Notes: generated from the letters alone by a model not told the origin. DNA of 64,000 bases from Desulfatiglandales bacterium (GCA_963666345.1 OY762721.1:2976001-3040000); one strand, 5' to 3'; counted from the stretch's first letter, positions 40,569 to 51,944 are shown. Numbers and translations are program-made.

Positions 40569-40671
40569 GGATGTCTGATTAAGATGTCAAGAAGAGGAGT
40601 GAAATATTATGTCGTTTTGATTTTCTTCAAAACATTTGATCAATCGGCATATTTTTCCATGATGCGATATA

Positions 40672-42048
40672 TCATGGTTCAAGCTCGTATTTCTTGATTT
40701 TGGATATAAGCATCGGCCTGCTTACCTCAAGAATCTTTGCCGCCTGACTGCGATTACCGTTTGTGATTTTAAGGACCCTTTCTATCAGTATTTTTTCAAT
40801 GCGCCTTGAGGCCTTTTTGATTGAAAGGGTATCCTCCGATTCCATGTAAGGGGTAAATCTTTGCACCTGGGTTATCTGTGAGGGTAGATCCGCGGGCGTT
40901 ATCCATTTTGCAGACGCGAGCAGGACTGCCCTTTCCATTACGTTTTCCAATTCTCTTACGTTTCCCGGCCAGGAGTGCTCCATAAGAAGAGGCATGGAAT
41001 CGGAGCTGAGCCCCTCTATCTCCTTGTTTAGTTTTTTATTGAACAGGTCGATAAAGTATCCGATAAGAAGAGGTATGTCTCCTTTCCTCTCTCTCAGGGG
41101 CGGAAGGTGTATCCTCATGACATTTATGCGATAAAGCAGGTCTTCTCTGAATCTACCCTCTCCGACTTCCTTGTCCAGGTCCTTGGATGTGGCTGCTATT
41201 ACCCTGACATCGATTTTTTTGGATCCAGACCCTCCCAGAGGTGTTATCTCTTCCTCCTGAAGCACCCTGAGCAGTTTTATCTGCAGAGACAAGGGCAGTT
41301 CCCCTATTTCGTCAAGAAATATCGTGCCTCCGTCAGCCTCTTCGAAACGGCCAGGTTTGTCCTTTACCGCGTCTGTGAATGCGCCCTTTTTATAGCCGAA
41401 AAGCTCGCTTTCAAGGAGGTTTTCAGGGATACTGCCGCAGTTTATGTTAACAAGTGGATATGGGGCCCTGGCTCCTCTTGAATGAATCGCCCGAGTAATC
41501 AGCTCTTTGCCGGTTCCGCTTTCACCTGTTATAAGTACGGTTGTCTTGTGATCCACCACTTTATCAACAAGCTCAAATACCTTTGCCATCGCCTCGCTTC
41601 TGGCTATGATGTTTCCGAAGGAATACTTTTTTTCAATCTTGCTGACGACATTTCTCAGCTTTACATTTTCATCTTTAAGCCGTTCCCGTTCTTCCGCCTT
41701 TTTCAGGGTGAGGAGCACCTCATCCTTTTTAAAGGGTTTTGATATGTAATCATAGGCCCCTATTTTCATGGCTTCAATAGCAGTTTCAATGGTTCCGTAG
41801 GCTGATATCATGATATAGTTTTTTTCAGGAAATCTGTCCTTCGATTTTTTCAGAAATGTCATTCCGTCCATGCGGGGCATTTTTATATCACAGAGGATAA
41901 ACCGAAAATCGGATCTGTCCATACATTCAAGACCTTCAACACCGTCTGATGCGCTCTCGACGTTATAGCCGGCTTTATCCAGCATTGTTTCAAGCATATG
42001 CCTCATGTTTTCTTCATCGTCTATAATTAGAACACTTTGCCTCACCAT
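40672..42048 (-). CDS. Sigma54-dependent response regulator (NtrC/AtoC/PilR type)
   Basis: [32 protein letters not shown]; Fis-type HTH. Confidence 0.95.
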   Translation of the reverse strand: MVRQSVLIIDDEENMRHMLETMLDKAGYNVESASDGVEGLECMDRSDFRFILCDIKMPRMDGMTFLKKSKDRFPEKNYIMISAYGTIETAIEAMKIGAYDYISKPFKKDEVLLTLKKAEERERLKDENVKLRNVVSKIEKKYSFGNIIARSEAMAKVFELVDKVVDHKTTVLITGESGTGKELITRAIHSRGARAPYPLVNINCGSIPENLLESELFGYKKGAFTDAVKDKPGRFEEADGGTIFLDEIGELPLSLQIKLLRVLQEEEITPLGGSGSKKIDVRVIAATSKDLDKEVGEGRFREDLLYRINVMRIHLPPLRERKGDIPLLIGYFIDLFNKKLNKEIEGLSSDSMPLLMEHSWPGNVRELENVMERAVLLASAKWITPADLPSQITQVQRFTPYMESEDTLSIKKASRRIEKILIERVLKITNGNRSQAAKILEVSRPMLISKIKKYELEP

Positions 42049-42375
42049 CAATTATCTCCAATTCCACCGGTACGAGCGGTAACTATATAAATTCAGACCA
42101 AATATCGGTCCATGACTATCATTTTTAATGGTTGATCTCTTGCAGTGCCCGGCTGTAAAGAGGGCATCGGCAGGGATTATGTCTCAGTCCGATCCCGAAG
42201 TATGGCAATATACAAAAAAACACCTGATTTGCAAATACCCTTGAAAAGAAAAATGCCTTGCCAAGGCCGTTTGCATGCCGGGCGCATATAATGCCTCGCG
42301 CGCCGTGCCGAATTGCTCGGCTTTTCTCCCAACAGGCTGCCGCAAGGCCTTATAAACAGACTTTTTACGAATATA

Positions 42376-43935
42376 TCAAGGTTTATCTTGAAGTTTCCTG
42401 TGGTAAAGGGGCAGGCTGACTGTAATCATAAAACCCTTTTCACTCATGTTTTCGGCCCTTATATCCCCTTGCAATCCATCTATTATGCTGTGACATACGG
42501 AAAGCCCCAGGCCGGTTCCTTTTCCAGGGTCTTTAGTCGTATAAAAGGGATCGAAGATACGTTCTATTCCGTCATCCGGGACTCCCGGCCCGTTATCGGA
42601 AAACTTTATTAAAAGAGAGTCATCCCTGTTTGTCGTCTCGATGCTGATTGTTTTTGCATTTTGTTGCCCTTCCGATTCCCCTATGGATTCAGCAGAGTTA
42701 ATCAGCAGGTTAACTATGAGCTGCTTCAATCGCGCCGGATCCGCCCATACTGTGTCATGATCGGCATCCAGAGAGGTTTTGATATCAATTCCGGACATCA
42801 TCGGCTGCGGTTCCAGAAGTGAGACAACTTCATCGACGGATGCATGAAATCGGGTCACCTCTTTTTTCCCGCTTGAAGGTCTTGAGAAATCGAGCAGCTG
42901 CCTTATGATTTCGCTTATGCGGTTAATCTCCGATTCGATACGCCTGAGAAAATCTTCTTTTTCATCATAGGCGAGATCACTGCCTTTCAATAACTCAACG
43001 TAGCCGAGGACGATTCCTATGGGATTGCCGATTTCATGAGCCACACCTGTGGCAATTTGACCGATCGAGGCCATTTTTTCAGATCTGAAAACCTCCTCCT
43101 GGGCCTTTCTGATCTCTTTGTTGGCCTTTTCAAGAGACTGGATGTGGCTCCTTAATTCCAGCTTATTCTCTTCGAGACGTCTGAGCATAATATTGAGGGA
43201 CCGGTAGAGCTGGCCGATCTCATTTTTTGATGTTTCCGTAATGTCTTTAAATGGAATGTCTTTTCCGAATTCATTCGTGATACGAACCAGACGCTTCACC
43301 GGCCTTACAACCGTCCTTGAAAGGAGGTAGAAACCGAAGATTACAAGGACAAAGGTATTGAGAAGGATAAAGAGTATCATGAGCGCCTCCGTATCCCTGA
43401 GCCTTTTGTAGAGAGGCGAAAAGTCGGCGCACACGGAGGCGGAACCTATAACCCTGTTTTCAAAAGTCAAAGGAGCCGATAATATCGCCTTTTCATGGGC
43501 AAACCAGATTGCTCCCCACGTGCTGCCCAAAAAGGAGGTGGAGGCATTTCCGGTTGTCAATGCCTCGAGTGAATTGGAAAAGGCCTTTGTCCTTGAATCT
43601 CCCCATCCCTCAGTGCCGAGCAACACCTTGCCTTGCCTGTTTATGATCATTAACTCCGACAGGCCTCCCACCCTGAGCGCACCGTCCAGCAGGTTTGAAA
43701 GGGTTGAAATATCAGACGCACTAACGCCGGCGTCGGTTTTCAGGATGTCTATGACCGCCCCCTGCTCGATGGATTGCAGGAAAAGACGCCCCGCCTGAAC
43801 CTTATAACCTATAAGGTCTCTTTCGGAAAATTTAAGCATAACCACATTTATCAGCACCATGGCCGAGAGAATAAGGAGTACCAGGTGAGAGAGTATGGTG
43901 GTTCTGAGGCTGTATATGGGAAATCGCAAGGCCAA
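42376..43935 (-). CDS. HAMP sensor histidine kinase, probable partner of the sigma54 regulator
   Basis: Two TM segments, [24 protein letters not shown]. Confidence 0.93.
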   Translation of the reverse strand: MALRFPIYSLRTTILSHLVLLILSAMVLINVVMLKFSERDLIGYKVQAGRLFLQSIEQGAVIDILKTDAGVSASDISTLSNLLDGALRVGGLSELMIINRQGKVLLGTEGWGDSRTKAFSNSLEALTTGNASTSFLGSTWGAIWFAHEKAILSAPLTFENRVIGSASVCADFSPLYKRLRDTEALMILFILLNTFVLVIFGFYLLSRTVVRPVKRLVRITNEFGKDIPFKDITETSKNEIGQLYRSLNIMLRRLEENKLELRSHIQSLEKANKEIRKAQEEVFRSEKMASIGQIATGVAHEIGNPIGIVLGYVELLKGSDLAYDEKEDFLRRIESEINRISEIIRQLLDFSRPSSGKKEVTRFHASVDEVVSLLEPQPMMSGIDIKTSLDADHDTVWADPARLKQLIVNLLINSAESIGESEGQQNAKTISIETTNRDDSLLIKFSDNGPGVPDDGIERIFDPFYTTKDPGKGTGLGLSVCHSIIDGLQGDIRAENMSEKGFMITVSLPLYHRKLQDKP

Positions 43936-44157
43936 AATTATTTTTCCCTTAACTGAGTATGAATTTTTTAGTTGATTTTAACCCTCTTCTTCGCTTTGAA
44001 TGAAGATAACGCCATATGATAATCCAAAGAGGGGATTATTTCTATAATATATAATCAGGCCTTGGGTTCAATTCTATTGCCTGCGGTTAATCTATCTGTT
44101 AATAAGTGTCCCAAGGGCGGAAGATATAAGAGAGAAAGGCTTCACACTATTAAAGCT

Positions 44158-44787
44158 ATGGAAAGATCTGGTTATTCAGGAACAAATAAAAAGCCGGTTA
44201 CACTGAATATAAATCCGGAAAACCCCCAGCAGCGTCTCATAAAAAGGGTGGTCGACGTACTGGAAAATGGGGGGGTCATCGCATACCCCACAGATACCTT
44301 TTACGGTATCGGCTGTGACCTTTTCAATAAAAAGGCGATTCAGCTTATCTATCGGTTAAAAAAGAGACCCTTGAAAAAGCCCTTTTCTTTCGTGTGTGAC
44401 AGTCTCAAAGAGATAAGCCGTTATGCGGTGGTCTCAAATTACGCCTACAAGACCATGAAACGCTGTCTTCCCGGTCCATATACATTTATACTGGAAGGAA
44501 CAAGGCTCGTGCCCAAGATTATGCTTACCAAAAGAAAGACGGTGGGAATAAGGGTGCCTGATAACCGAATTTGCATTGAACTGGTAACCAATCTCGGCAG
44601 GCCGATAATTAGTACGAGCGCAGGATATGACGACCCCTATTCCATAGAGGAAGCCTATGGCCCTTATCTGGATGCTATAATAGATGGTGAGGTCTTATAC
44701 CCGGGCCCTTCCAGCGTTGTATCCTTGATTAATGATGAACCCGGGGTGATCAGGGAAGGGAAGGGGGATGTGAATATATTTATATAG
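44158..44787 (+). CDS. Sua5/YciO/YrdC family threonylcarbamoyl-AMP synthase-like protein
   Basis: AYPTDTFYGIGC, LPGPYTFIL, VGIRVPD, ISTSA. Confidence 0.9.
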   Translation: MERSGYSGTNKKPVTLNINPENPQQRLIKRVVDVLENGGVIAYPTDTFYGIGCDLFNKKAIQLIYRLKKRPLKKPFSFVCDSLKEISRYAVVSNYAYKTMKRCLPGPYTFILEGTRLVPKIMLTKRKTVGIRVPDNRICIELVTNLGRPIISTSAGYDDPYSIEEAYGPYLDAIIDGEVLYPGPSSVVSLINDEPGVIREGKGDVNIFI

Positions 44788-44802
44788 TAACTTAAGGACG
44801 GC

Positions 44803-45702
44803 CTAATCGACAGTGGGCCCCTTCCACATATACTCCAAAGGGGTTTCAAAGGAATTAAAGGCCTTTAGAACCGACCTCGCAGCAGATTCAAAGAAGAGCT
44901 CCCAGAGCTCCAGCCTGTTTTTTTGGGGGTACACAAGCGTCACATCTCCTTTGGTTCCGGTAAGGTTTTTTGCAAGATCTACGGCATCATGAAAGTTGCC
45001 GAGCCGATCCACAAGGCCCAGCTCTTTGGCCCTGGCACCTGAAAAGATTCGTCCGTCCGCTATCTGCCGTACCTTGTCCACCGACAGGCCCCTGCCCGCG
45101 GCAACATCATCAACAAATTGTGATTGTATGTCCTTGATAAGGGAGTTGAGCAATTCCTTTTCCCTTTCAGTGAGTTCTCTGTGCGGAGAGCCTATGTCCT
45201 TGAATTCTCCGCTTTTGATTACTTCAATGCTTACCCCTATCTTTTTCAGGAGGTCCTCGAATCTGAGAACCTCCATTATGACCCCTATGCTTCCGGTTAT
45301 TGCGCCGGAATTGGCCACAATACTGTCGGCGGCAGAGGCCACGTAATATCCTCCTGATGCGGCTATTCCTCCGATGGACGCTATTACCTTTTTTGTTTTG
45401 ATCGTCCTGCGGATTTCACGATATATTTCCTGGGTAGGTCCTACCGCCCCGCCGGGAGAGTTTATCCTCAGAATGATCGCTTTGATCTTTTTATCTTTTT
45501 TAAACCTGACCAGCTGGGATGTTATGTGCCGGGAGTCAATTATCGCTCCCTGTATCGGTATAACTCCGATTTTTTCATTAAAGGAAAGATCAGTGGAGGG
45601 GGTAAAAAGCTTTATTACTATCACGATGACAATGGCCAGAAATAACCCGATGCAGCCGAGTATTGCCAGGACAGTAAGTAAGGTATGGCTTTTTTTCGAC
45701 AT
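44803..45702 (-). CDS. sppA: Signal peptide peptidase SppA (short form)
   Basis: RINSPGG, AASGGYY, TGSIGV, KSGEFKD. Confidence 0.95.
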   Translation of the reverse strand: MSKKSHTLLTVLAILGCIGLFLAIVIVIVIKLFTPSTDLSFNEKIGVIPIQGAIIDSRHITSQLVRFKKDKKIKAIILRINSPGGAVGPTQEIYREIRRTIKTKKVIASIGGIAASGGYYVASAADSIVANSGAITGSIGVIMEVLRFEDLLKKIGVSIEVIKSGEFKDIGSPHRELTEREKELLNSLIKDIQSQFVDDVAAGRGLSVDKVRQIADGRIFSGARAKELGLVDRLGNFHDAVDLAKNLTGTKGDVTLVYPQKNRLELWELFFESAARSVLKAFNSFETPLEYMWKGPTVD

Positions 45703-45785
45703 GGCTGGAATTAAATCAAGGCCATGAGAAGCCCCATGGCCTTTTGAAAATTAGGTGAATGCTGCTGTCGGCTCCTCGCTTCGAG

Positions 45786-47738
45786 TTAATTATCCTTTTG
45801 TTCGGCTTCCGGGGCTGATTCTTCGGCAGATTCCGGCTCAGTGTCAGATCCTTCGGCAGATTCCGGTTCAGTGTCGAATTCGGCAGGCTGTTCATCATGA
45901 ATGATTTCAGCGTCTTGTTCTACCGCGGGTTCCTGTTGCTGCAGATTAAGCATCTCTTCTCTAAGCAATTCTCCCAGGTTGGACGTGGCCTCCTGATGGT
46001 TGTCAAGATAGCTCCTGTAGATGTCCTTTTCACTTGTCTCTTCGAGCTTTCTTATGGAAAGGCCGATCTTTTTCTCAGGACGCGATACATTTATCACCTT
46101 TGCCTGAATAACGTCATCCACCTGAAAACGGGACAGTGGATTTCCATGCTTGTCCGTCGAGATTTCAGAGATATGGACCAGACCTTCGATACCCTCTTCA
46201 AGTTCAAGGAACAGGCCGAAATCCGTTACGTTCGTAACGGTGCCGGTAACCCTGGTGCCTGGTTTATATTTGTAAGGGATTTCATCCCATGGATCAGAGG
46301 CGAGCTGCTTTATACCGAGAGAAAAGCGTTCGTTTCCCTTGTCAATATTGAGCACCACGGCCTGGACCTCCTGGCCCTTTTTGTATACCTCTGAGGGGTG
46401 CTTTATCCTTTTTGTCCAAGATATGTCGGATATATGCACAAGACCGTCTATGCCCTCATCAATGCCTATAAATATCCCGAAGTCGGTTATATTTTTGATC
46501 CGGCCTTCTATGGTGGTTCCCACCGGATATTTCTCTTCTATTACATCCCATGGATTGGGTTCAACCTGCTTCATGCCGAGCGAGATTCGTTTTTTCCCCA
46601 CGTCGATGTTGAGGACCATTGCCTCAACCGTATCACCCACGCTCAGCAGTTGTGAGGGATGCCTGATCTTTCTTGTCCATGACATCTCAGAGACATGAAT
46701 AAGACCTTCCACACCCTGTTCAACCTCAACAAAGACCCCATAATCGGTCAGGCTTACCACCCTGCCTCCGATTACCTTTCCGATCGGGAATTTTTCTTCC
46801 GCCTGGCTCCATGGATCAGGGGCGAGCTGTTTTATCCCGAGCGATACCCTTTCTTTTTCCTTGTCAAAGTTGAGCACCTTGACCTTTATATTGTCCCCGA
46901 TCTGATGCATCTCCGAAGGGTGCCCCACTCTTCCCCAAGACATGTCGGTGATATGAACGAGCCCGTCGATCCCGCCCAGATCAATGAAAAGGCCATAGTC
47001 GGTAATGTTTTTGACCGCCCCTTCAAGCACTGCGCCTTCTTCTATGTTTTTGAGGGTTTCTTCCTTCAGGGCGAGCCTTTCCGCCTCCAAAAGAGCGCGC
47101 CTGGACAGTACTATATTGCCTCTTCTTTTATTGTATTTGACTATCTTGAATTCATGTTCTGTGTTGACCAGAGAATCCATGTCTCTTACCGGTCTCAGAT
47201 CCAGCTGAGATCCTGGTAAAAAAGCCTGCAGGCCGATATCCACTGAGAGCCCACCCTTGACCCTGGCGGTTATCGTTCCCTTTATTGTCCCGTCGTTTTC
47301 ATAGATCTCTTTTATCTCATCCCAGATCTTTATCTTTGCGGCTTTTTCCTTGGAAAGCTTGATGGTTCCTTCGTCGTCTTCTCTTCGTTCAAGAAGAACA
47401 TCTACTTTGGCTCCCACCTCGGCGGTCAGGTTCCCTTCCGGGTCTATGAATTCCTGAATGCGAATCTGTCCTTCAGACTTGTATCCAATATCAACAAGGA
47501 CAAATTCCTTGTCAACCTGGACTATCTCACCCCTTACGACCTCACCTTCCTGCATGCTCTTCAGGCTTTCTTCATACATTTCCATGAAATTTTCGCCGTC
47601 CGGCATCTCTTCTCCGAATTCATCGTCAGGGCTGGTGGTTTCGCTTTCAATTATTTCCTCTTCATCCATTAGGCCGGTCTCTTCATGTTCTTCTTCAAGG
47701 TTTTTGTTTTCAGCTGTTTCTTGTGTCGGTTTTTCCAT
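45786..47738 (-). CDS. rpsA: 30S ribosomal protein S1 with acidic N- and C-terminal extensions
   Basis: Six S1 repeats (DIGYKSEG, AFLPGSQ, DGLVHITD...); GGAGGG RBS before ATG 47738. Confidence 0.97.
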   Translation of the reverse strand: MEKPTQETAENKNLEEEHEETGLMDEEEIIESETTSPDDEFGEEMPDGENFMEMYEESLKSMQEGEVVRGEIVQVDKEFVLVDIGYKSEGQIRIQEFIDPEGNLTAEVGAKVDVLLERREDDEGTIKLSKEKAAKIKIWDEIKEIYENDGTIKGTITARVKGGLSVDIGLQAFLPGSQLDLRPVRDMDSLVNTEHEFKIVKYNKRRGNIVLSRRALLEAERLALKEETLKNIEEGAVLEGAVKNITDYGLFIDLGGIDGLVHITDMSWGRVGHPSEMHQIGDNIKVKVLNFDKEKERVSLGIKQLAPDPWSQAEEKFPIGKVIGGRVVSLTDYGVFVEVEQGVEGLIHVSEMSWTRKIRHPSQLLSVGDTVEAMVLNIDVGKKRISLGMKQVEPNPWDVIEEKYPVGTTIEGRIKNITDFGIFIGIDEGIDGLVHISDISWTKRIKHPSEVYKKGQEVQAVVLNIDKGNERFSLGIKQLASDPWDEIPYKYKPGTRVTGTVTNVTDFGLFLELEEGIEGLVHISEISTDKHGNPLSRFQVDDVIQAKVINVSRPEKKIGLSIRKLEETSEKDIYRSYLDNHQEATSNLGELLREEMLNLQQQEPAVEQDAEIIHDEQPAEFDTEPESAEGSDTEPESAEESAPEAEQKDN

Positions 47739-47825
47739 TAACGTAATTACCCCCTCCATCAATTTTCCAAGCTATCAAGGCTCAAATACGAATTACTATC
47801 AAATGATAAGCCCAAGTTCAACCTT

Positions 47826-48512
47826 TTATTTTAAAAAAATCCTGGATTGTTTACCTAAATCAATATGTTTTAAAATTTTATCCAAAACGTCGCCTATATT
47901 GATGTCGGTCGAATCTATTACTATCGCATCCTGTGCCGCTTTAAGAGGGGCAATCGCCCGCGATTGATCCTGCTTGTCCCTGTTTCGGATATCGGCTGAA
48001 ACGGAATCGAAGTCTACTTCTTCTCCGAGCTCGACTCTTTCTCTGTACCTCCTTTTCGCCCTTATATCAGGGGAGGCGGTAAGGAAGAATTTGTGATCAG
48101 CCATCGGAAAAACAACGGTTCCCATATCTCTTCCTTCTGCCACCACATCGTTATCTTCAGCCATGTCGCGCTGTAGGTCGGTCATGGCATCCCTGACAAT
48201 TTTCAGGGAAGAGACCTTGGAGGAAAGCATGTCCATCTCGGGCGTTCTTATGTCTTTGGACACATCTTTGTTTCCAAGAAAGAGTCTGTCGGCCTTTTCA
48301 CCCTTTACAAACCTCAGCTCAATCGTTTGACACATTGTCTTCATCTTTTCAGTGTCAATACTGCGGAGACCTCTTATTTTGGCTGCCAGTGCTACCGCCC
48401 TGTACATGGCGCCTGTATCCAGATAGAGAAAACCCAGCTTTTTGGCCAAAAGCCGGCTTACAGTGCTTTTGCCCGATCCTGCGGGTCCGTCTATGGTGAT
48501 AATGCAGTTCAC
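47826..48512 (-). CDS. cmk: Cytidylate kinase
   Basis: IDGPAGSGKST, DTGAMYRA, EGRDMGTVVFP. Confidence 0.97.
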   Translation of the reverse strand: MNCIITIDGPAGSGKSTVSRLLAKKLGFLYLDTGAMYRAVALAAKIRGLRSIDTEKMKTMCQTIELRFVKGEKADRLFLGNKDVSKDIRTPEMDMLSSKVSSLKIVRDAMTDLQRDMAEDNDVVAEGRDMGTVVFPMADHKFFLTASPDIRAKRRYRERVELGEEVDFDSVSADIRNRDKQDQSRAIAPLKAAQDAIVIDSTDINIGDVLDKILKHIDLGKQSRIFLK

Positions 48513-48543
48513 AAAAAAGCCTCTTTTCCTATGCTTTGTTATT

Positions 48544-49635
48544 TCAATCAGAAAGGGCAGCCTTTAAGGCCCTGATAAACCGCTCGTTTTCCTCGGGAAT
48601 TCCAACTGTTATCCTTATGTAATCAGGAAGATCGTAACTCTCCATGGACCTTATTATTACGCCCTTTTTGAGCAGTCGTTCATATGTTTTCGTCCCCCCT
48701 GCAGGCACCTTTATCAAAAAGAAATTGGTTTGAGTTCGCAGATAGTTAAGACCCATTTTATCAAGTTCCGAATAGAGATATCCCAGGCCTTCTTGTACCA
48801 GCCTGAGGGTTTTTAAGACAAATTCATCGTCCTCCAGGGCGGCGGTTGCAGCTGCTTGAGCCAGCGTATTGGCGTTGAATGGTTGCCTTACCCTGTTCAT
48901 GAAATCTATCAGTTCCGGTGATGCAAACCCATAGCCGATCCTCAGGCCGGCCAGGCCGTAAAGCTTTGAAAAAGTCCTCAGAATGAAAATATGGGGGTGC
49001 TCTGACAGCATTTCCAAACCATTTGCAGCACGTTTATCCGTAACGAATTCAATATAAGCCTCATCCAGTAAGATGACTATATCTTTGGGCAGTTCCCTTA
49101 GAAAGGCGGTCATATCCTTTTTGAAAATCAGGGAGCCGGTTGGATTATTAGGGTTGTTTATGAATATCAGCTTTGTGCGGGGGGTAATCTTTCGCAATAT
49201 ACCGCTGAGGTCTATTCCGAAGTTGGAAAGGGGTACTGATTTCATGCTTCCTCCCGCACCCCTGACTATCTTTTCATACACAAGAAAGGTGGGAACGGCT
49301 TGTATCGCTTCTTCTCCGCTTGAAAGAAAGGTCCTTACCGCAAGTTCGATCAATTCATTAGAGCCGTTTCCAAGGATAATATTTTCTCCCGGGACAGCAA
49401 ATTTTTCGCTTAACCTGGATTTGAGGTAATAACCGCTTCCATCCGGATAGCGATTCAGGGCCTCAAGCTCACTCATTATCGCCTTAACAGCGAAAGGCGA
49501 GGGGCCGAGGGGATTTTCATTTGAGGCGAGCTTAATGGAACCCATAATACCCAGCTCCCTCTCAAGCTCCTTTATCGGTTTGCCGGGTGGGTAGGGAATA
49601 AGTCCTTCCACCCCTTTTCTGGTAAGTCTTTTCAC
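48544..49635 (-). CDS. hisC: Histidinol-phosphate / aromatic aminotransferase
   Basis: KLASNENP, NPNNPTG, DEAY, RTFSKLYGLAGLRIG. Confidence 0.95.
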   Translation of the reverse strand: MKRLTRKGVEGLIPYPPGKPIKELERELGIMGSIKLASNENPLGPSPFAVKAIMSELEALNRYPDGSGYYLKSRLSEKFAVPGENIILGNGSNELIELAVRTFLSSGEEAIQAVPTFLVYEKIVRGAGGSMKSVPLSNFGIDLSGILRKITPRTKLIFINNPNNPTGSLIFKKDMTAFLRELPKDIVILLDEAYIEFVTDKRAANGLEMLSEHPHIFILRTFSKLYGLAGLRIGYGFASPELIDFMNRVRQPFNANTLAQAAATAALEDDEFVLKTLRLVQEGLGYLYSELDKMGLNYLRTQTNFFLIKVPAGGTKTYERLLKKGVIIRSMESYDLPDYIRITVGIPEENERFIRALKAALSD

Positions 49636-50213
49636 AAGGGGCGCTCCTTATTTGAAAGATAACAGTGATCGGCAAAAGACCATTTGAACGGTGTCCTATC
49701 GGTAAAATGGTAAAAGAAAGCGGGTGTCTTCATAAAAAGGCCGGTTGTCACGCCTCAGGCGGGACTATGCTTCATCTGTTGTCATTGCGCCGCCGGAAGC
49801 GGGATAAGAAGTAAGACTCATAAGTAAAGCCTTGTACCGTTTCAGTTTCGATGCTTAACGAATGCATCAAATATAGATGTATGCTCGTCATAAGGACGTT
49901 TAATAACAAATGCATGGAAAAATGCTGAAGAATTTTCTGTCTTTAGCCGGAATAAAAAAAATCCATCAAGCAATCAATAATAATATCATTCTTGCATAAA
50001 TTATCTGCCTTATAACGCAGGGAAGTAAAAATGTAAACAGATGCGTGAAATCGAGTAAGGTGTGTTTTATCGAAGGAGCTGGAGGCGGTTGGCCGCATCT
50101 TTGCCCGGTCATTTTGCCAATTAGGGCTTGACTTGAGTAAACGCTTCAATTATTTTTGTTTACCAGCCAAGGTAACCACTTTTAATTATTCCAATATCAG
50201 ACAGAGGAAGATC

Positions 50214-50492
50214 ATGAATAAATCGCAATTGATAGAGGCCCTCGCAAGAGAGGAAAATCTGCCGCTGAAAAAGGCGGAAGAGGTTGTCAATACTGTCTTT
50301 GGAGACATGGAGACTGCCCTAGTCAGAGGCGAAAGAATAGAGATCAGAGGCCTTGGTAGCTTTAAGGTCAAGCGGTATGACGGTTACAAGGGAAGGAACC
50401 CTAAGACGGGTGAGGTTATTGAGGTAACACCGAAGAAGTTACCCTTTTTCAAGGTGGGAAAAGAACTGAAAGAAAGGGTCGATTTCGAATAA
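50214..50492 (+). CDS. ihfB: Integration host factor beta subunit
   Basis: RIEIRGLGSF, GRNPKTG, LPFFKVGKELKERV. Confidence 0.92.
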   Translation: MNKSQLIEALAREENLPLKKAEEVVNTVFGDMETALVRGERIEIRGLGSFKVKRYDGYKGRNPKTGEVIEVTPKKLPFFKVGKELKERVDFE

Positions 50493-50596
50493 AATCTTCT
50501 GTTTTGATCCCCTTTTCACCGGAGGGGATTGAAGCCCGCCTCTTGAGCCAACGTTTTATGCGTGGGCCTTTTATTTAAGATATCCTTGATGCCGAG

Positions 50597-50735
50597 GGCA
50601 TCTTTTCCGCTTGGGTGAGGATGGACCCTGCGTGACAGGCACTTGCGAACCCCGTCAGATCCGGGAGGAAGCAGCGGTAAGCGAGAAAGCCTGTGTCGTG
50701 GCGGTATCTATCCTCACCCAAGCGGGAAAGATGCC
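50597..50735 (+). ncRNA. ffs: Signal recognition particle (4.5S-type) RNA
   Basis: Helix-8 motif GAACCCCGTCAGATCCGGGAGGAAGCAGCGGT inside a long hairpin (GGCATCTTTTCCGCTTGGGTGAGGAT ... ATCCTCACCCAAGCGGGAAAGATGCC); exact ends uncertain. Confidence 0.9.
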
Positions 50736-50848
50736 TTAAATATGATTTTATCAGGATATGGAAAGCCGGGATTTAAAGGGCCGGCCCCAATTACTTCCAG
50801 GGTGAGACAGTATCCCCTCCCAAAATTGAATGGGCAGGACACTCAGAA

Positions 50849-51610
50849 ATGATATGTGAAAAGGGTGGACACACTACTTTTCGGTTCCCTAAGATGTCCC
50901 TTGAGACTATGCTTCGTCACGCGGTTTTTTCCCGCCGGGGCGGTTTTAGTAAGGCACCCTTTGAATCGCTTAATACATCCTATTCGGTAGGTGATGTTGA
51001 AGGGGCTGTTACTAAGAATCTTTACGGGATCATGGGGAATATAGGCGCTGCCGGTTTGTTTTTTATGGAACAGTGTCATGGCGCACGGGCCGTAATAATC
51101 AGGGGAAGGAGCACCGACGGTCTGATAAAAATTCCGGATGCCGATGCGCTTATTACGAATGAGCCGGGAATGGCCTTAATGGTTAAGCAGGCTGATTGTC
51201 AGGGGGTTATTATCTTTGATCCCCAAAAAGAGGTGCTTGCCGTTGCTCACTGCGGCTGGAGGGGAAATGTCCTGAACATACTTGGAAAGGTCGTCAAAAT
51301 GATGGCGGATGAATTCGGAGCAAGCCCCGATATGCTGAAGGCCGCCATCGGGCCTTCTCTAGGTCCGTGCTGCGCGGAATTTATAACGTATCAAGATATC
51401 TTCCCCGCCTCCTTTAAGGATTGTATGGTTAGAGACGGCTACTTTGATCTCTGGTCATTGAGCCGCAGGCAGCTCATGGATGCCGGACTTGTGGAGGGTA
51501 ATATAGAAACGGCACGAATTTGCACCCGCTGTAACAGAAACCTCTTTTATTCCTATCGCGGGGAGGCAAAAACAGGTCGTTTTGCCACCGTTGCAATGCT
51601 CAACAAATGA
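50849..51610 (+). CDS. pgeF: PgeF/YfiH family (laccase-like / purine nucleoside phosphorylase) protein
   Basis: RRGGFS, QCHG, ADALIT, ADC, HCGWRG, CTRC, FYSYR. Confidence 0.92.
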   Translation: MICEKGGHTTFRFPKMSLETMLRHAVFSRRGGFSKAPFESLNTSYSVGDVEGAVTKNLYGIMGNIGAAGLFFMEQCHGARAVIIRGRSTDGLIKIPDADALITNEPGMALMVKQADCQGVIIFDPQKEVLAVAHCGWRGNVLNILGKVVKMMADEFGASPDMLKAAIGPSLGPCCAEFITYQDIFPASFKDCMVRDGYFDLWSLSRRQLMDAGLVEGNIETARICTRCNRNLFYSYRGEAKTGRFATVAMLNK

Positions 51611-51769
51611 TCACAGTGCCTTATATGTCATTTCCACTGAAACCGCGCCAAGGTGTCAGGCCGAAAAAGGCCGGAAGACGGAATGACGTTGCGGAAAGGA
51701 AGGTCCGCTTTTTCTCCCTCTTTGTAAGCCGCCCGGATTTTTGAGTAAATCTTGTTTGCCCTCATAAAA

Positions 51770-51821
51770 ATACTATATATTGAAAACATTTATTGACATA
51801 CCGCAATATATTGGGTATTCT
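51770..51821 (+). promoter_or_regulatory. Tandem NrdR boxes overlapping a sigma70 promoter of nrdDG
   Basis: ATACTATATATTGAAA (51770) and CCGCAATATATTGGGT (51801), 31 bp apart; TTGACA at 51793, 17-bp spacer, TATTCT. Confidence 0.85.
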
Positions 51822-51944
51822 CCTCGGTATTGTCAAAAAAATACTGCAGATCGTCGATCCCTTTCAGGAGGGTCTTTTTCCAGACCCGGATGCAGGTCCT
51901 TATCAATGAGATATCTTAATCCTCTACCTTAAAAGGTGCTATAA

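Noticed and set aside
49772..49891. 39-codon Phe/Tyr-containing ORF upstream of hisC as an attenuator leader
   Set aside because: No RBS, no run of His or aromatic codons, and only a weak downstream hairpin.
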